DNA of 64,000 nt from a virus (taxonomy: Duplodnaviria > Caudoviricetes): positions 56,916 to 120,915 of IMG/VR virus record IMGVR_UViG_3300021399_000118; one strand, given 5' to 3'. Below the pieces are notes generated by a model. It was not told where the DNA came from and did not search any database. It saw only the letters and a program-made list of their open reading frames with translations. Below, one piece after another: positions 1 through 11,600 of this stretch. The first letter of the stretch is position 1, and each line of letters begins with the position of its first letter. The position numbers and the translations under genes are program-made.

Positions 1-1
1 G

Positions 2-1525
2 GAAGCGCCAAGTATTAATATCGCAACAGGCGGCTCTATCAACATGGCGGCTGAATCCAATATCAATATGTTGTCAGGGTCAGATGTGAATATTGCTTCC
101 GGCTCGAACATTAATATGATTGCTTTTGCGCAGGAGTATGAACCCTGGCTTGCAAACACGGTATATCATGTTGGAGACAAGCGCATCCACGGAAATCGGA
201 TTTATGCTTGTAAGACAGCGCACACGTCCTCGGATACTTTCTACGAATCCGCTAACGGTACGATTTACTGGGAGCTGGATCCGGAGTATGAAAGCTTCCA
301 GAGCTCCATTAATTTCGCAGCCGGAAGTCAGATTAACCTGCTCAGCGGTGCGGACATCAACATGGTCTCGGGGGCCAACCTAAATATGGCGGGTTCCAAT
401 ATCAACATGGAGGCCGGATCTGAATTTAATATTTCAGCAGGAACATTCCGTGTATCGTCGGCTTCCGAACTTTTCATTGACTCCCCTAACTTTAAAGTTT
501 TTCCTGGTCAGGGCGGCGCAACAAGCACTGTTGAAATCACGACTGTAGGAGGAGCTGTTGGCGGCTGGTATATCGGACCGGACCACTTGGGAACAAGCGA
601 TAAGTTGGTTGACAGTAAGGTTGGGATGAGAAAATCCGAGGATGATAATACAGTTGTTTTCTGGGCAGGAGACAAAAACAAAAACGACTCAAAAACAGAT
701 GCGCTGTTTTACGTAACAGCCGGGGGAAAGCTTCATTCTAGCGATGTTGAAATCACAAACGGCTCTATTGTCATTGGAGAAACATCCAAGCCTGGCAACT
801 ACGTAACGACAATAACTCCAGAAGGTTTAACATCAACAAAGATTACTGTTCCAGCTAATGCTCTTATTCTGACAACCGGAACAGGACAACAGACAGTTAA
901 CACACCTGCACTGCAGATGCTGACGGACATCAGCGAATTAAAAGAAACAGTTTCCGGAATTACTTCCGGCTCAACCTCCATATCAAACTTTTCTACAGAT
1001 GGCTTCACAATCTCGGGAGACTCGTTCGTTATGAACGCAAGTGGAACCATGTCTTTAACAGCGGGATCAAGTCTCATTATGATGGCAGACGCATCGAATC
1101 CGGCAGTCACAATAACCCAGAACGGTTTTACTCTGGCAGGCGGAGCTACGGGTTCCGGGAGCTTTACAGGATCTTTCAGCGGAACTATTGAGGCTGACGA
1201 ACACAGCTCCTTAAACGGATGGACATTGGTTGGCGGATCGCTGTATCGAAGCGGGGTCTTCCTTGCGAATTATGCGAGCGACAGCCGCGCAGCATCCCCC
1301 AGAAACGAAAATGTGGCTGATCCAGACAAGATTTATTATGCGATGTGGATTGGGGCGGACTTCCCTGAAAATGCTCCGCTCAGCACGCTTAAAGGTGAAG
1401 CCCCGTTCAGCATAGACAGCAAAGGTAATGTTTACGCTAACGGATTCTATCGAAGAGTTTGGAATATAAACGATTCTACAGGATTGTATGAAGCAACAGA
1501 CACGCCAGTTTTATTTAACGAGTAA
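2..1525 (+). CDS. Phage tail protein, C-terminal part (5'-truncated by window edge), with a CBM5/12-like module
   Basis: Frame is open from base 2; repeated GS(N/D)IN(M/I) beta-helix-like motifs; WLANTVYHVGDKRIHGNRIYACKTAHTS resembles a carbohydrate-binding module; GGWYIG/GWTL tail-spike motifs. Confidence 0.65.
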   Translation, partial: EAPSINIATGGSINMAAESNINMLSGSDVNIASGSNINMIAFAQEYEPWLANTVYHVGDKRIHGNRIYACKTAHTSSDTFYESANGTIYWELDPEYESFQSSINFAAGSQINLLSGADINMVSGANLNMAGSNINMEAGSEFNISAGTFRVSSASELFIDSPNFKVFPGQGGATSTVEITTVGGAVGGWYIGPDHLGTSDKLVDSKVGMRKSEDDNTVVFWAGDKNKNDSKTDALFYVTAGGKLHSSDVEITNGSIVIGETSKPGNYVTTITPEGLTSTKITVPANALILTTGTGQQTVNTPALQMLTDISELKETVSGITSGSTSISNFSTDGFTISGDSFVMNASGTMSLTAGSSLIMMADASNPAVTITQNGFTLAGGATGSGSFTGSFSGTIEADEHSSLNGWTLVGGSLYRSGVFLANYASDSRAASPRNENVADPDKIYYAMWIGADFPENAPLSTLKGEAPFSIDSKGNVYANGFYRRVWNINDSTGLYEATDTPVLFNE

Positions 1526-1538
1526 GAGGTAAAACAAA

Positions 1539-1901
1539 ATGATTAATATTGAACAGAGAGGCGCAGTCAGCGCCTATTTTGTTTTCGAAGATATCTACAA
1601 GCAAAAAATGAAACCAGCTATTGCGCTTCAGATCTTTCATTTAAGACAGCTGTTAAAAAAACAGTACGACTTTCAGATTGAAAGAGAGAAGCAAATCATT
1701 CAGGACTATCGAGGCGAAATGAAGCCCGACGGAAGTGTGTCCTTCCCGGATCAGGGCACAGTGGATCAGGTTCAGAATGAGCTGGACGAACTCGCGAAAA
1801 GCATCGTGTCAATCGCGGCCGAGCCTATCGACCTGATGAAGGAAGACATTTTAATTAGTCCTGAAAACATCGAAAAAATCAGACCCTTTATCATTTTGTA
1901 A
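1539..1901 (+). CDS. Hypothetical tail-module protein
   Basis: 120 aa ORF, GAGG RBS, in + strand operon. Confidence 0.6.
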   Translation: MINIEQRGAVSAYFVFEDIYKQKMKPAIALQIFHLRQLLKKQYDFQIEREKQIIQDYRGEMKPDGSVSFPDQGTVDQVQNELDELAKSIVSIAAEPIDLMKEDILISPENIEKIRPFIIL

Positions 1902-1913
1902 GCACGAAAGGAA

Positions 1914-2387
1914 GTGATTTTCATGAGAAGGTGTTCATTTCATCCAGGAGACACAGTTGTGTTCGATCTTACGATCCCTTTCGCCAAAGAAGACTTAGAA
2001 GCGGTTGAGGTTTCCTTTCGGAACAACAACGCTGTTGTGTTCGAAGTGGAGATCACTTCCTTTCAGGCGAAAGGCGACAAAACAAGAATCGGATTCACGA
2101 TGACTCAGGAAGAGTCTCTCCTGTTTAACGAAAACGATATTTACAGAATGCAGCTCAATGTTTACGGAGCTAACGGTTCCAGGTCTGCGTCTAAGGAATA
2201 TGACGTATGCACGCTGTCTCAGCAGATTCCGGAGCCAAGAAGAAGTCAGGTTACAACTTCTTCGATGGATTACAATGCTCTTGCAAACAAGCCGCAGATC
2301 AACAGCGTTGAGCTGGCCGGAAACAGAGCTCTGCCTGAGACTGCTATCACTTCCCAGCAAATTGAAGATATTATTTCTTCAACATGA
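1914..2387 (+). CDS. BppU-like baseplate/fibre adaptor protein
   Basis: Beta-rich N-domain (GDT...TQEESL); C-terminal YNALANKPQINSVELAG and ITSQQIEDII motifs. Confidence 0.5.
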   Translation: MIFMRRCSFHPGDTVVFDLTIPFAKEDLEAVEVSFRNNNAVVFEVEITSFQAKGDKTRIGFTMTQEESLLFNENDIYRMQLNVYGANGSRSASKEYDVCTLSQQIPEPRRSQVTTSSMDYNALANKPQINSVELAGNRALPETAITSQQIEDIISST

Positions 2388-2402
2388 AAGGAGAGGTGAC
2401 AT

Positions 2403-3962
2403 ATGGCATTAATTGAAAACTTCGATGTGGATTTTGAAGATTATATTATTTTCCACAGGGGTATTTCTGAAGTCAAGGTCATGGGTGACAACCATATGCA
2501 TGTTATCTATCAGGATGGGTACGACCAGGACCTTGGGGATCCATACGGAGACGACGTAAGAAAATATTTCAGAGACGCGGAAGCCGCGAAAAATGCGGCT
2601 CTGGCTGCACAGCAGGGAGCAGAGCAGGCAAAGAATGATGCCAACGGGTGTGTAACTCAGATTACAACCAAACTGTCTGAAATTGGCGACTTCTGGGATA
2701 AAATCGCGGAAGCGCAGGAAAAATATGAAGGTATGAAGCAAGCGCTAAGCGACGCGAAAACCGCAGCGGATGAGGCAGTCGGACAAGTTCAAGCCCAGGC
2801 TAAGCGGGCAGAAGACGCAGCAGATGCAGCGGAAAACACCTCCAACAGCATTGTATACGAAGCGGAAGCCTGGGCTCAGGGCACAAGAGGCGGAGTGCCC
2901 GTTCCGGATGAAGATCCAATCAAAACTCAAAACGCCAAATATTATGCGAATACCGTAGAAATACGGGCTGAAGTCTGGGCTACAGGGCAAATGAACGGAG
3001 TTGATGTTCCGGATTCAGATGATCATTCTGCCCCGGATATTAACAACAATGCCAAATACTATAAGGTTAAAGCAGACGAGAACAGGGCAAGAGCTGCCTA
3101 TTATGCAGTTGGAGGAATTCAATCCTATACAGGAATTCACCATACGCCAACAACTCCAGAACTTCATGTTATTTCTCAAGATAAAATTTCGTGGACAAAC
3201 TCAGCAGGAAATCAAACAAACGTTGAAATGTCTGCAAAAAAGTTTGCCGAGTTAGCAAAGCAGGAAGCAACATATTCTGCAGAAAGCGCGACAAATGCAA
3301 ATAATATATTAGCTGAAGTAAACAACGTTGCCCAAGAATATGTTAAACCGTTAGACCAGCTTGACGGGATTACGAAAGACGAAGAAACAGGAAATTATAG
3401 TATTGACCCCATTCCGAATGAGTATATTGATATGTATTTTGCGCTGCTCAATCCTTCTCTTGTATCAGGCACAGAATACTATATGCTGACAAAGAACATC
3501 GCAGATTTCTCAGGCGAATATGAAATCTATTATAACGATGTGATTCCTAAATATCAGGAAGCCTACGACGAAATGGCAGGGCAAGCATCAAGCGGAAGTC
3601 TGACGCCGGAAGAGCAAAGAGCATTGGAAGAAGAGATTGAAAATCTCCAAGAATGGTTCTCTTCTCATGCTCCGATTAGAATTGTGGATCAGCCGCAAGA
3701 TCAAGCTGTCGCGCTGTATGAAAGCGCAAGATTTTTTGTTACAGCAGAGAATGTACTTTCTTATACCTGGCAGGAATCTATGGATGGCACTTCTTGGTAT
3801 TCAAATGATTTTCAAGGCAATGAGTGTGTAAAGAAAGCGACTGAAGAAAACTATGGTTTAATGCTTAAATGCGTCTTAACAGGATATGGCGGGCAAACAT
3901 TGGAAACAGACATTGCAACTCTTTTAGAACCTGAAGAGCAGGAGGCTGAGACAAATGAGTAA
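2403..3962 (+). CDS. Tail fibre-associated coiled-coil protein with C-terminal Ig-like domain
   Basis: Ala-rich coiled coil, repeated AEAWAxG...NAKYY, C-terminal IVDQPQDQ...YTWQ Ig-like motif. Confidence 0.55.
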   Translation: MALIENFDVDFEDYIIFHRGISEVKVMGDNHMHVIYQDGYDQDLGDPYGDDVRKYFRDAEAAKNAALAAQQGAEQAKNDANGCVTQITTKLSEIGDFWDKIAEAQEKYEGMKQALSDAKTAADEAVGQVQAQAKRAEDAADAAENTSNSIVYEAEAWAQGTRGGVPVPDEDPIKTQNAKYYANTVEIRAEVWATGQMNGVDVPDSDDHSAPDINNNAKYYKVKADENRARAAYYAVGGIQSYTGIHHTPTTPELHVISQDKISWTNSAGNQTNVEMSAKKFAELAKQEATYSAESATNANNILAEVNNVAQEYVKPLDQLDGITKDEETGNYSIDPIPNEYIDMYFALLNPSLVSGTEYYMLTKNIADFSGEYEIYYNDVIPKYQEAYDEMAGQASSGSLTPEEQRALEEEIENLQEWFSSHAPIRIVDQPQDQAVALYESARFFVTAENVLSYTWQESMDGTSWYSNDFQGNECVKKATEENYGLMLKCVLTGYGGQTLETDIATLLEPEEQEAETNE

Positions 3963-4143
3963 TTATTTAGATGAGCAAGGCCTTGCTCTTTTATGGAACA
4001 AGATCGTTGCAAGATTCAATTCTTATGTTCCAAATATTCCGAGTCTTAACGCGGACGAAATCGACACTGTTTTCGATCAGTCTGTTTATCCAGCCGCAGA
4101 CAACAACCAAGAAAACGATACTTCAGAAAACGATGAACCTTAA
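3955..4143 (+). CDS. Small tail-fibre linker peptide
   Basis: YLDEQGLALLWNKI N-motif plus LNADEIDTVF C-motif; overlaps upstream stop; GGAGG RBS. Confidence 0.6.
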   Translation: MSNYLDEQGLALLWNKIVARFNSYVPNIPSLNADEIDTVFDQSVYPAADNNQENDTSENDEP

Positions 4144-4160
4144 GAAAGGAGGCGCAGATT

Positions 4161-4484
4161 ATGGGCTTTTTAAATGAATCCGGATTGGGACATCTTATTT
4201 ATAAATTTAAAACTGTGCTTCTTGGACAGCCAAACGGAGTTGCGCCTCTGGATTCCAGCAGAAAAGTTCCTGTTCAAAATTTACCGTATATGACAGGGAC
4301 AAACGGAAGTTCTCTCGGCTTATCCGGCATCGTTCCAACTCCAAACCCCGGAGATGAGGTTAAGTTTCTGCGAGGAGATGGAACGTGGGCCGGAATGCCG
4401 GTTGTCTATACTGCCTCAGACGTTAGCGATCCCGGGACCTATCCCAACGGAACAATCTGGTTGAAGCAGAAGGCTTCGAGTTGA
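4161..4484 (+). CDS. Tail fibre protein fragment
   Basis: GVAPLDSSRKVP and KFLRGDGTW fibre motifs; AGGAGG RBS. Confidence 0.6.
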   Translation: MGFLNESGLGHLIYKFKTVLLGQPNGVAPLDSSRKVPVQNLPYMTGTNGSSLGLSGIVPTPNPGDEVKFLRGDGTWAGMPVVYTASDVSDPGTYPNGTIWLKQKASS

Positions 4485-4497
4485 GGGGTGGGATAAT

Positions 4498-5667
4498 ATG
4501 GCAACTGAAATTATCGCAGGACTTGGAGATGCGGCAGCTGGGTATATTAGCCAAGGAGTTCATAACATTTGGAACTGGGCAGGCGCATCAGGCACAGTAA
4601 CGCTCGCTTCAAATCAATATCCAACAAAAATACAAATTTTTCATAATAATTCAGCTGTTGGTGGAAGTTTATATGATGCTGAGAGCCCCGGCAAAGTGTG
4701 GAATAACGCTTCCGGCACGGAAACGACTCGAGTTGCAAATTTATTTTTAACGAGCAGTGGAAACGCCAGTGAATCTTATCGAATTGGACAATGGTACACA
4801 CAAGTTCACGATTATCCAGTGTCAACCAGTTCAGGAGCCACTCAAGTAAAAATAAATCGTCAATTTGATTATAATGGCGCTGAAGCAACAATCAGTAACG
4901 GAAAAGCTCTCGCAGGAAAAACACTTGCTATATATTTTACAGGCTCTCTCGATGTTATTTTTCAATATTCGGCAAAAATCAAAATCACGTTAGGGACGTT
5001 GTATTCTGTTACGCCAAGTCAAACAACAGGCGGAACTATTAAGGTTAACAATGGCACAAGTGCTGTTTATATGACTGCTGGAGAGCAAGTTACGTTAAGC
5101 GCCACCCCAGCTTCAGGATATGAATTTGTCCGTTGGAACGTCAGCCCTTCTGCAACCATTTCTGGCAACACATTAACTGTTCCAAGCAGCAACGTTACTG
5201 TTTCCGCTACGTTTCAACTAATTCACACACTTAAATGGGCAACTCCAAATTCGTTAACCGTAGCGCAAAATGATTATAAATTGACCGCAAAGTTAACCGG
5301 TCATGCTACAGACACACGAAGCCACACAATAACTTATAAGCTTTATGGATACAACGGTGCAGGACAAAGAATTTTTAACGAAACATTTGGTGCTGAGTCC
5401 AATAACGTCAGAACAGTTCAAATTCCAATAACTGACGCAAACATCGGCGTGCAATATACTTTTAAGGCTTATGCGGTTTGCAGCGCAGACAGTGCCGAAG
5501 GGCCTCCATATACTATTACACCAAAAAATGTCCATAAAACAGTTCAATATCGTGTGAACGGCCAATGGGTTGAGTGTATTCCCTATTACAGAATCAACGA
5601 CAGATGGCAAGAAGTAGAACCATACTATCGAAACGAAGGGATATGGATTCCCTGTTCCAAAACTTAA
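4498..5667 (+). CDS. Putative receptor-binding/tail-tip protein with InlB-B/Flg_new-like repeat
   Basis: VTLSATPASGYEFVRW...VTVSATF repeat; three C-terminal YRxNxxW repeats. Confidence 0.55.
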   Translation: MATEIIAGLGDAAAGYISQGVHNIWNWAGASGTVTLASNQYPTKIQIFHNNSAVGGSLYDAESPGKVWNNASGTETTRVANLFLTSSGNASESYRIGQWYTQVHDYPVSTSSGATQVKINRQFDYNGAEATISNGKALAGKTLAIYFTGSLDVIFQYSAKIKITLGTLYSVTPSQTTGGTIKVNNGTSAVYMTAGEQVTLSATPASGYEFVRWNVSPSATISGNTLTVPSSNVTVSATFQLIHTLKWATPNSLTVAQNDYKLTAKLTGHATDTRSHTITYKLYGYNGAGQRIFNETFGAESNNVRTVQIPITDANIGVQYTFKAYAVCSADSAEGPPYTITPKNVHKTVQYRVNGQWVECIPYYRINDRWQEVEPYYRNEGIWIPCSKT

Positions 5668-5679
5668 ACGAAAGGAGGA

Positions 5680-8600
5680 GTGCCAACTATGCCCATTACA
5701 GACGACAAAGGTCAGAAAAAGTTTCTTGACTCAGACGGGCTAAGTTCAATTTTAATCAAGCTTAAAACCTATATCCAGGATTCCATCCAGACTGAGTCGG
5801 ATGAGACACAGGTCAAGCTTAACAGCAAACTCAACAAACCAAACGAGGCTGGATACGAAGGCCAGGTTTTGAAAGTCGGGCAGGATGGAAATCCTACCTG
5901 GGCGACACAGCAGTCACCTTCCGACAGTCAAGTCAGGGTGGCTGTTTATTCTTATCTGGAAAGCCATCCAACTATTCCGGCAGAAGTCGAAGACGGCTCT
6001 GTTACACAAGCCAAGCTAAGCACCGATCTTCAGCAAAAAATCGGAAACATCGCTACGCTCAGCACAAACGTCACAAATCTTCAAACAAAAGCAGATGAGC
6101 TTGACGATGACTTAACGGCGGCCGAAGAAAGCATTACTACGCTTCAGAGCAAGGTTTCAACACTTGAAACCGGAGCTCAGACATTTACTTCTGATATCAG
6201 CGACATTCAGGACGATATTGCCGGTATTCAGGAAATCATTCCGAACTACAGCACAACCGCCCAGATGACAGCCGCAATCGAAAACTATCTCGAGAGCGAC
6301 ATTGCGGACAGGTTTGATTCCGAAAAGGTCTACCTTGAAGGAGATTACGCTGTTCACGACGGCAAGCTTGTTGTCGCAAAAGAGACTTTGTCTCCCGGAG
6401 AATGGAACGCGGAAAACTGGGAAGAGATCAAGATCGTCGATCTGATCGAGCTTCTCTCGACGGACATTCAGAACATCTCGACCGCGGCTCAGAACCATGT
6501 AAGCATTCTGCCGGAACAAGGTTTGACTTCTGAAGAAAAGACCGCAGCCCGGGCGAATATTGACGCTGCAAGCACGACGGATGTGACAGCAGTACAAGGA
6601 TCTGTCCAGGATTTACAGCAGGATTTAGAGGCGTTTGAGGACGAGGTCTCTGGTCTTATTGAACAAGGCGTTGGCCAGAGCATCCGGTACGATCAAGCTC
6701 AGACGTTGACGGACGAACAGAAGACTCAGGCCAGGGCTAATGCCGGCGCGGCCAGCTCGGCTGAAGTCGCAAACGTCCGGTCTGCAGTCGGAGACATTCA
6801 AACCCAAATTTCCCAGATGGGAGACCGGGTTACCGAAGTTGAAGCTGTTGAAGGCGGCATCCAGGTCACCTATGGAAACGGAGACACATCCAACATCCCG
6901 ATCGAAGCGGGATCAGAACTGAACTCTGTCAGCTACGACGAAAACTACTATCTGCATTTCTACGACAAAAATGGAGATGAGTTGTATGACGGACCGTTCT
7001 TTATTCAGGGTGGAGGCGGCGGAGGCGGCACCTCCGGCGGCATGGCAACCATTACCAGAATCACAGGAACTCCGCTGGACTGTGTGTACCAGATGCCCGC
7101 CTTGATTCGCTTTACTTTCACTGCGACAGACAGCAGCGGAGACGCGGCTGGAAACGGCGTAGGAACCTGGTCTATCGGCGGCGTAACTGTCGCCAGGAAC
7201 ATTCCGATCGTACAAGGCGAGAACAGCTTTGATATTAGTCCCTATCTGAACGCAGGCGAAAACAATGTGCGGCTGAGCGTCAGTGTGGACACAGGCGGAG
7301 ACACCGAAACAATCGCAAGAAAAACGTGGACAGTCAACGCTGTCAACATGCGGTTTAACTGGACTTACAACGACAGCCAAATCAACGAGACCGACTTCCT
7401 TGACAGCTGGACGGTGTACGGCGATATCGCCAAAACGACCCATACCTCCATCGACGGAGAAGAAATCGACACGATTACCACTTCCCGATCCAACGTGACC
7501 CAGAGCATCCGGATTCCCATGCTGACGCACGGGGCGCATCAGGTTGAAAGATGGATTACCGCGACAATCGGAGAAGACGCTCAGAGCACGGAACACCAGT
7601 ATCACGAGATGATCTTTGTGGAAGATGGAGACATGACGCCGATCATTGCCATCTCCATGAAGAACATCAGCATGAATCAATACGATACGATCCGGATCCC
7701 GGTTGTGGTGTACAACCCGGCTTCCCTGCTGGCTGACGCTACGCTTTCCGTGGACGGACAGCCGGCCGGTGAATGGAGCAAGATCGACCGCTCCTTAAGA
7801 TACTGGAACTACACACCATCCACTGCAGGCGATCATACACTGACGATCACCTGTGGAGAAGTATCCAGAAGCATTTCTGTTGAGGTGGAGTCCATTAATC
7901 TGGACGTTGAGGAAGTTGCCGGATATTCCTTCCGGTTTAAGTCTTCTGAGTTCGCCACCAATGAAGCAGTTCGGAACTGGACTTCCAACGGAATCAACGC
8001 CACCTTCTCCGACAACTTCAACTGGATTAACGGCGGCCTGCAAACAGAAACAGACGCAAATGGAAACCTCCAGCAGTATCTGTGCATCAAGGCCGGGGAC
8101 AGTATGACGATCAACCACAAGTTGTTTGCGACTGACCCTAAAGCCAACGGCATGACCTTCAAGATTATCTTTAAGGTTCGGAACTGCCGGAATTACGACG
8201 CACAGATCGGGCACTGCTTCTCCAATGTAGGATTGCAGATGTACGCTCACAACGCTGTCTTCAGCTCCTCCGGAATGTCGGTCAACGTCCCCTACGGCGA
8301 AGACGAATACATCGAGCTGGAGTTCGATGTCTATCCTGCGCCGAGGCAGGAGAACGACGGAAACGTGAGATATATGATGGCCTGGATCGACGGCGTGATT
8401 ACAACCTGCCGGGTGTACGGCGAGACGGACAACTTCGTGCAGCCGGTCGCCACGCAGGAAGGAATCGTGCTTGGGTCTGAGGACTGTGATCTGTATCTCT
8501 ACATGGTGAAAGCCTATCCCATGCTGGACAAGGCCAACAATTTTGACAACCACATTTCCAATTTCATCATGGATGCTCCAAACGCCGCGGAAATGGCGGC

Positions 8601-11600
8601 CCGCTACAGCCGTAATAACATTCTGGACGAAAGCGGAGACATCGACTACACAAAGCTGATGACCCAGAATCCTGACTGCCGTGTATGGCTTTGGGATATG
8701 CCTTATATGACAATCGACAAGGACGACAAGGTCAAGAACTGTGCTTTCAACCAGTTCTGGACAAACGGCGACCGGTACTATCAAATGAGCGGTACCGGTA
8801 CGGTAAAGGTTCAGGGCACGTCTTCTGTGAAATACGTGATGGGCGCAGCCAACACCGACATGAGCTTCAAGACGCTCGAGGACGGATACGGCAACGATCT
8901 TCTCGCGAACGCCGTTGTCAACGAAGATCTGTATGGCAACAACTACTTCCTGGCGGACGAAGAAGACCCGGAACAAGTCCGGGTATTTACAGCGGAACAG
9001 GCCAGAACTTACGCAAAGATTGGCGCGGCTGATCCTTTAGGCCCGGAGTGGGTTGTCATCGAAAGAGATGAAAACCGCAATCCGACCAAATACATTATGG
9101 CAATGGGTATGAAACTGAACGATGATTCCTGCCCCATTACCTATTCCAACACCAAGGTTAACTTCGCATCCTGCGAACAGGTCAACAACATGTGCAACGC
9201 TGTGTGGTATCAGAGATACAATCCGTATCCCAGCCTGACAGCGAGAGACTGCATGGAGTTCAACATGGGCGTGCAGTTCATTAAGGACAGCGGGAATGTT
9301 CCCGACGACAACCACTTTGTGCTGTGGGGCGACAACAAGTATCACATGTACTCCATTGCCAATATGGGCACATCCAAGAAGAACGTTCACCTGTTCCACG
9401 ATCTTTCGAATCCGAAGGAAGTCTGCATCGAAGTTAACGACAACGATAAAGACCAGATGCGGATGGTCAGCGATGATCTTTCCGAAGAGGACTGGAGCGG
9501 CAAGAAGTTCTTCGGGATGCGCTACCCGGACACCAAGAATCCTTCCCAGGAAGTACGGGATGCCTGGCAGCGGCTGGTTACCTGGATGGCGACGAGCAAT
9601 CCCAACGCTCATACGGACGAACAGCTTGCAGCTCCTGAAACCTACGATGTATATACCTTCAAGGGACACGACAGGCCGGGAACACAGGTTCTTCGTGGAA
9701 CGGTTGTGACGCAGTACGCGGGAACATACACCCACGATACGTTTGAACGCCGGATGGCGAAGATGCTGAGCGAGTGCGAAGACTACATGGTGATGGACTC
9801 CTTTGTGTATCACTTTGTGTATCTCGAGCGGCACACCATGGTGGATAACGTTTCCAAGAACAACTTCTGGTCTTCGACAGACCTCCTGCATTGGGATCTG
9901 TCCAAGGCCTACGATATGGACACCTCCGACGGCAACAACAACCAGGGCCAGTTAGTGTTCGACTACGGCCTGGAGTTCGACGACGTCAATCCTACGGATC
10001 TGAAGACCGTTTTCAACGGCAGCGACAGCGTATGGTTTGTGTTTGTCGGAAACCTGTATGAAGCCTGCCGGACCATGTTTACCAACCGGGAAGCCGCAGG
10101 AGCCTGGTCTGCCTCGGCCTACCATAACTTCCTTCTTTCTGAACAGCGGAAAGTTCCGGAAAGGTGCTGGGTGCAATGCTACTGGTACGACTATCTGAGA
10201 ACCTACGAACAGAAGATCTCCTCCGAATGGATGAGCTTCCTGGACGGCGGGCAGAAGACGCACCAGCGTAATCACTACGAAACCTACGAGGAACTTTACG
10301 ATAGTTCCAAGTATCGCGGAATCGCCAGCGTGAGCCAGAACGTAAACCTGCGAGCTTACACTCCCTCTCAATGGGGCGGCGTAGTTGTCGGCAACGGACA
10401 GATTCGCGCAAAGGCATCCACGACCTCGGCTCTGGTTACAACTGTTCCTGAAGGAGAAGTTGTCTACATTACAAAGAAGGCCAACAATACCTGGCGTGAA
10501 GTCACTTACGGAAGCTATACGGGATATATGCTGCTCAGCAATATCTCTGCGCTTGAACCCAAGGGCGAGCTGACCGTCACGATGTACAACAAGATGTACA
10601 TCAGCGTGGATGTAGGTACAACAGCTCTTCCGCCCGTCAAAGCGGAGAGAGGCGTGCCTTATGTCATCACATTTGACCAGGGCGGGCTGACCTCCAACAC
10701 AGTTATTTCCATCAACACGGCTCCCATGATTCAGGCGATCAGCGGACTGGAACAGCTTTATCCTGATACCTGTGTATTCAGCGCGGCTGTGCGGTTAAGG
10801 GAACTGACACTCGGTTCCGCTGCGAAGGGATATGTGAACACCAACCTGAGAAGTCTGGCTCTGGATAATAACGTGATGCTGGAAAGGCTGTATGTGCAGA
10901 ATCAACCTAACGCCAACTCTGTGTTAAATCTGAGCAACTGCCCTTCCCTTGTGTATCTGGACGCCACCGGTTCCGGATTTACCGGATACGAGTTTGCGGA
11001 CGGTGGCCTGCTTGAGACAGCCATTGTCAGCGCTCCTGTTTCCCTGAACCTCCGCAATCTGGCGAATCTGACACCCGGAAACTTCCGGATCGAGGACTAT
11101 TCCAAGCTGAGTTCGCTCTGGCTGGAAAACACGCCCGGCGTGGATTCCCTGGATATGGTTACCCAGGCGATCAATCTTCAGGTTGCAAGAATTATCGGCA
11201 TCGACTGGACACTTTCCAGCGACGCTACGCTGAACAACCTTCTTGATCTGCAGGGCTACGATGAGAACGGTATTACGATCGCTCAGTCGGTTCTTGCCGG
11301 CGACGCATTTGTTCCCAACGTCCGCATCCGGACGCTGAACCTTTATAACACAGCGTGGCCTGATCTTGATGTTACCTACAACAGCATTGTTGAGCAGTAC
11401 GCAGTTCACTTCGTGGACGATGAAGGCAATCCCGTTCCGGACAAACATGGAGAAGATTATGTTCAGTACATCGACAGAGGCCAGGCGGCCTACGATCCTA
11501 TCGAAGCTGAAGAGATCAACACACCCGTCAAGGAAGCGGACGCTCAGTATACCTATACTTTCAGCGGTTGGACCAACCTGGATGGTATTGTTCTGGCGGA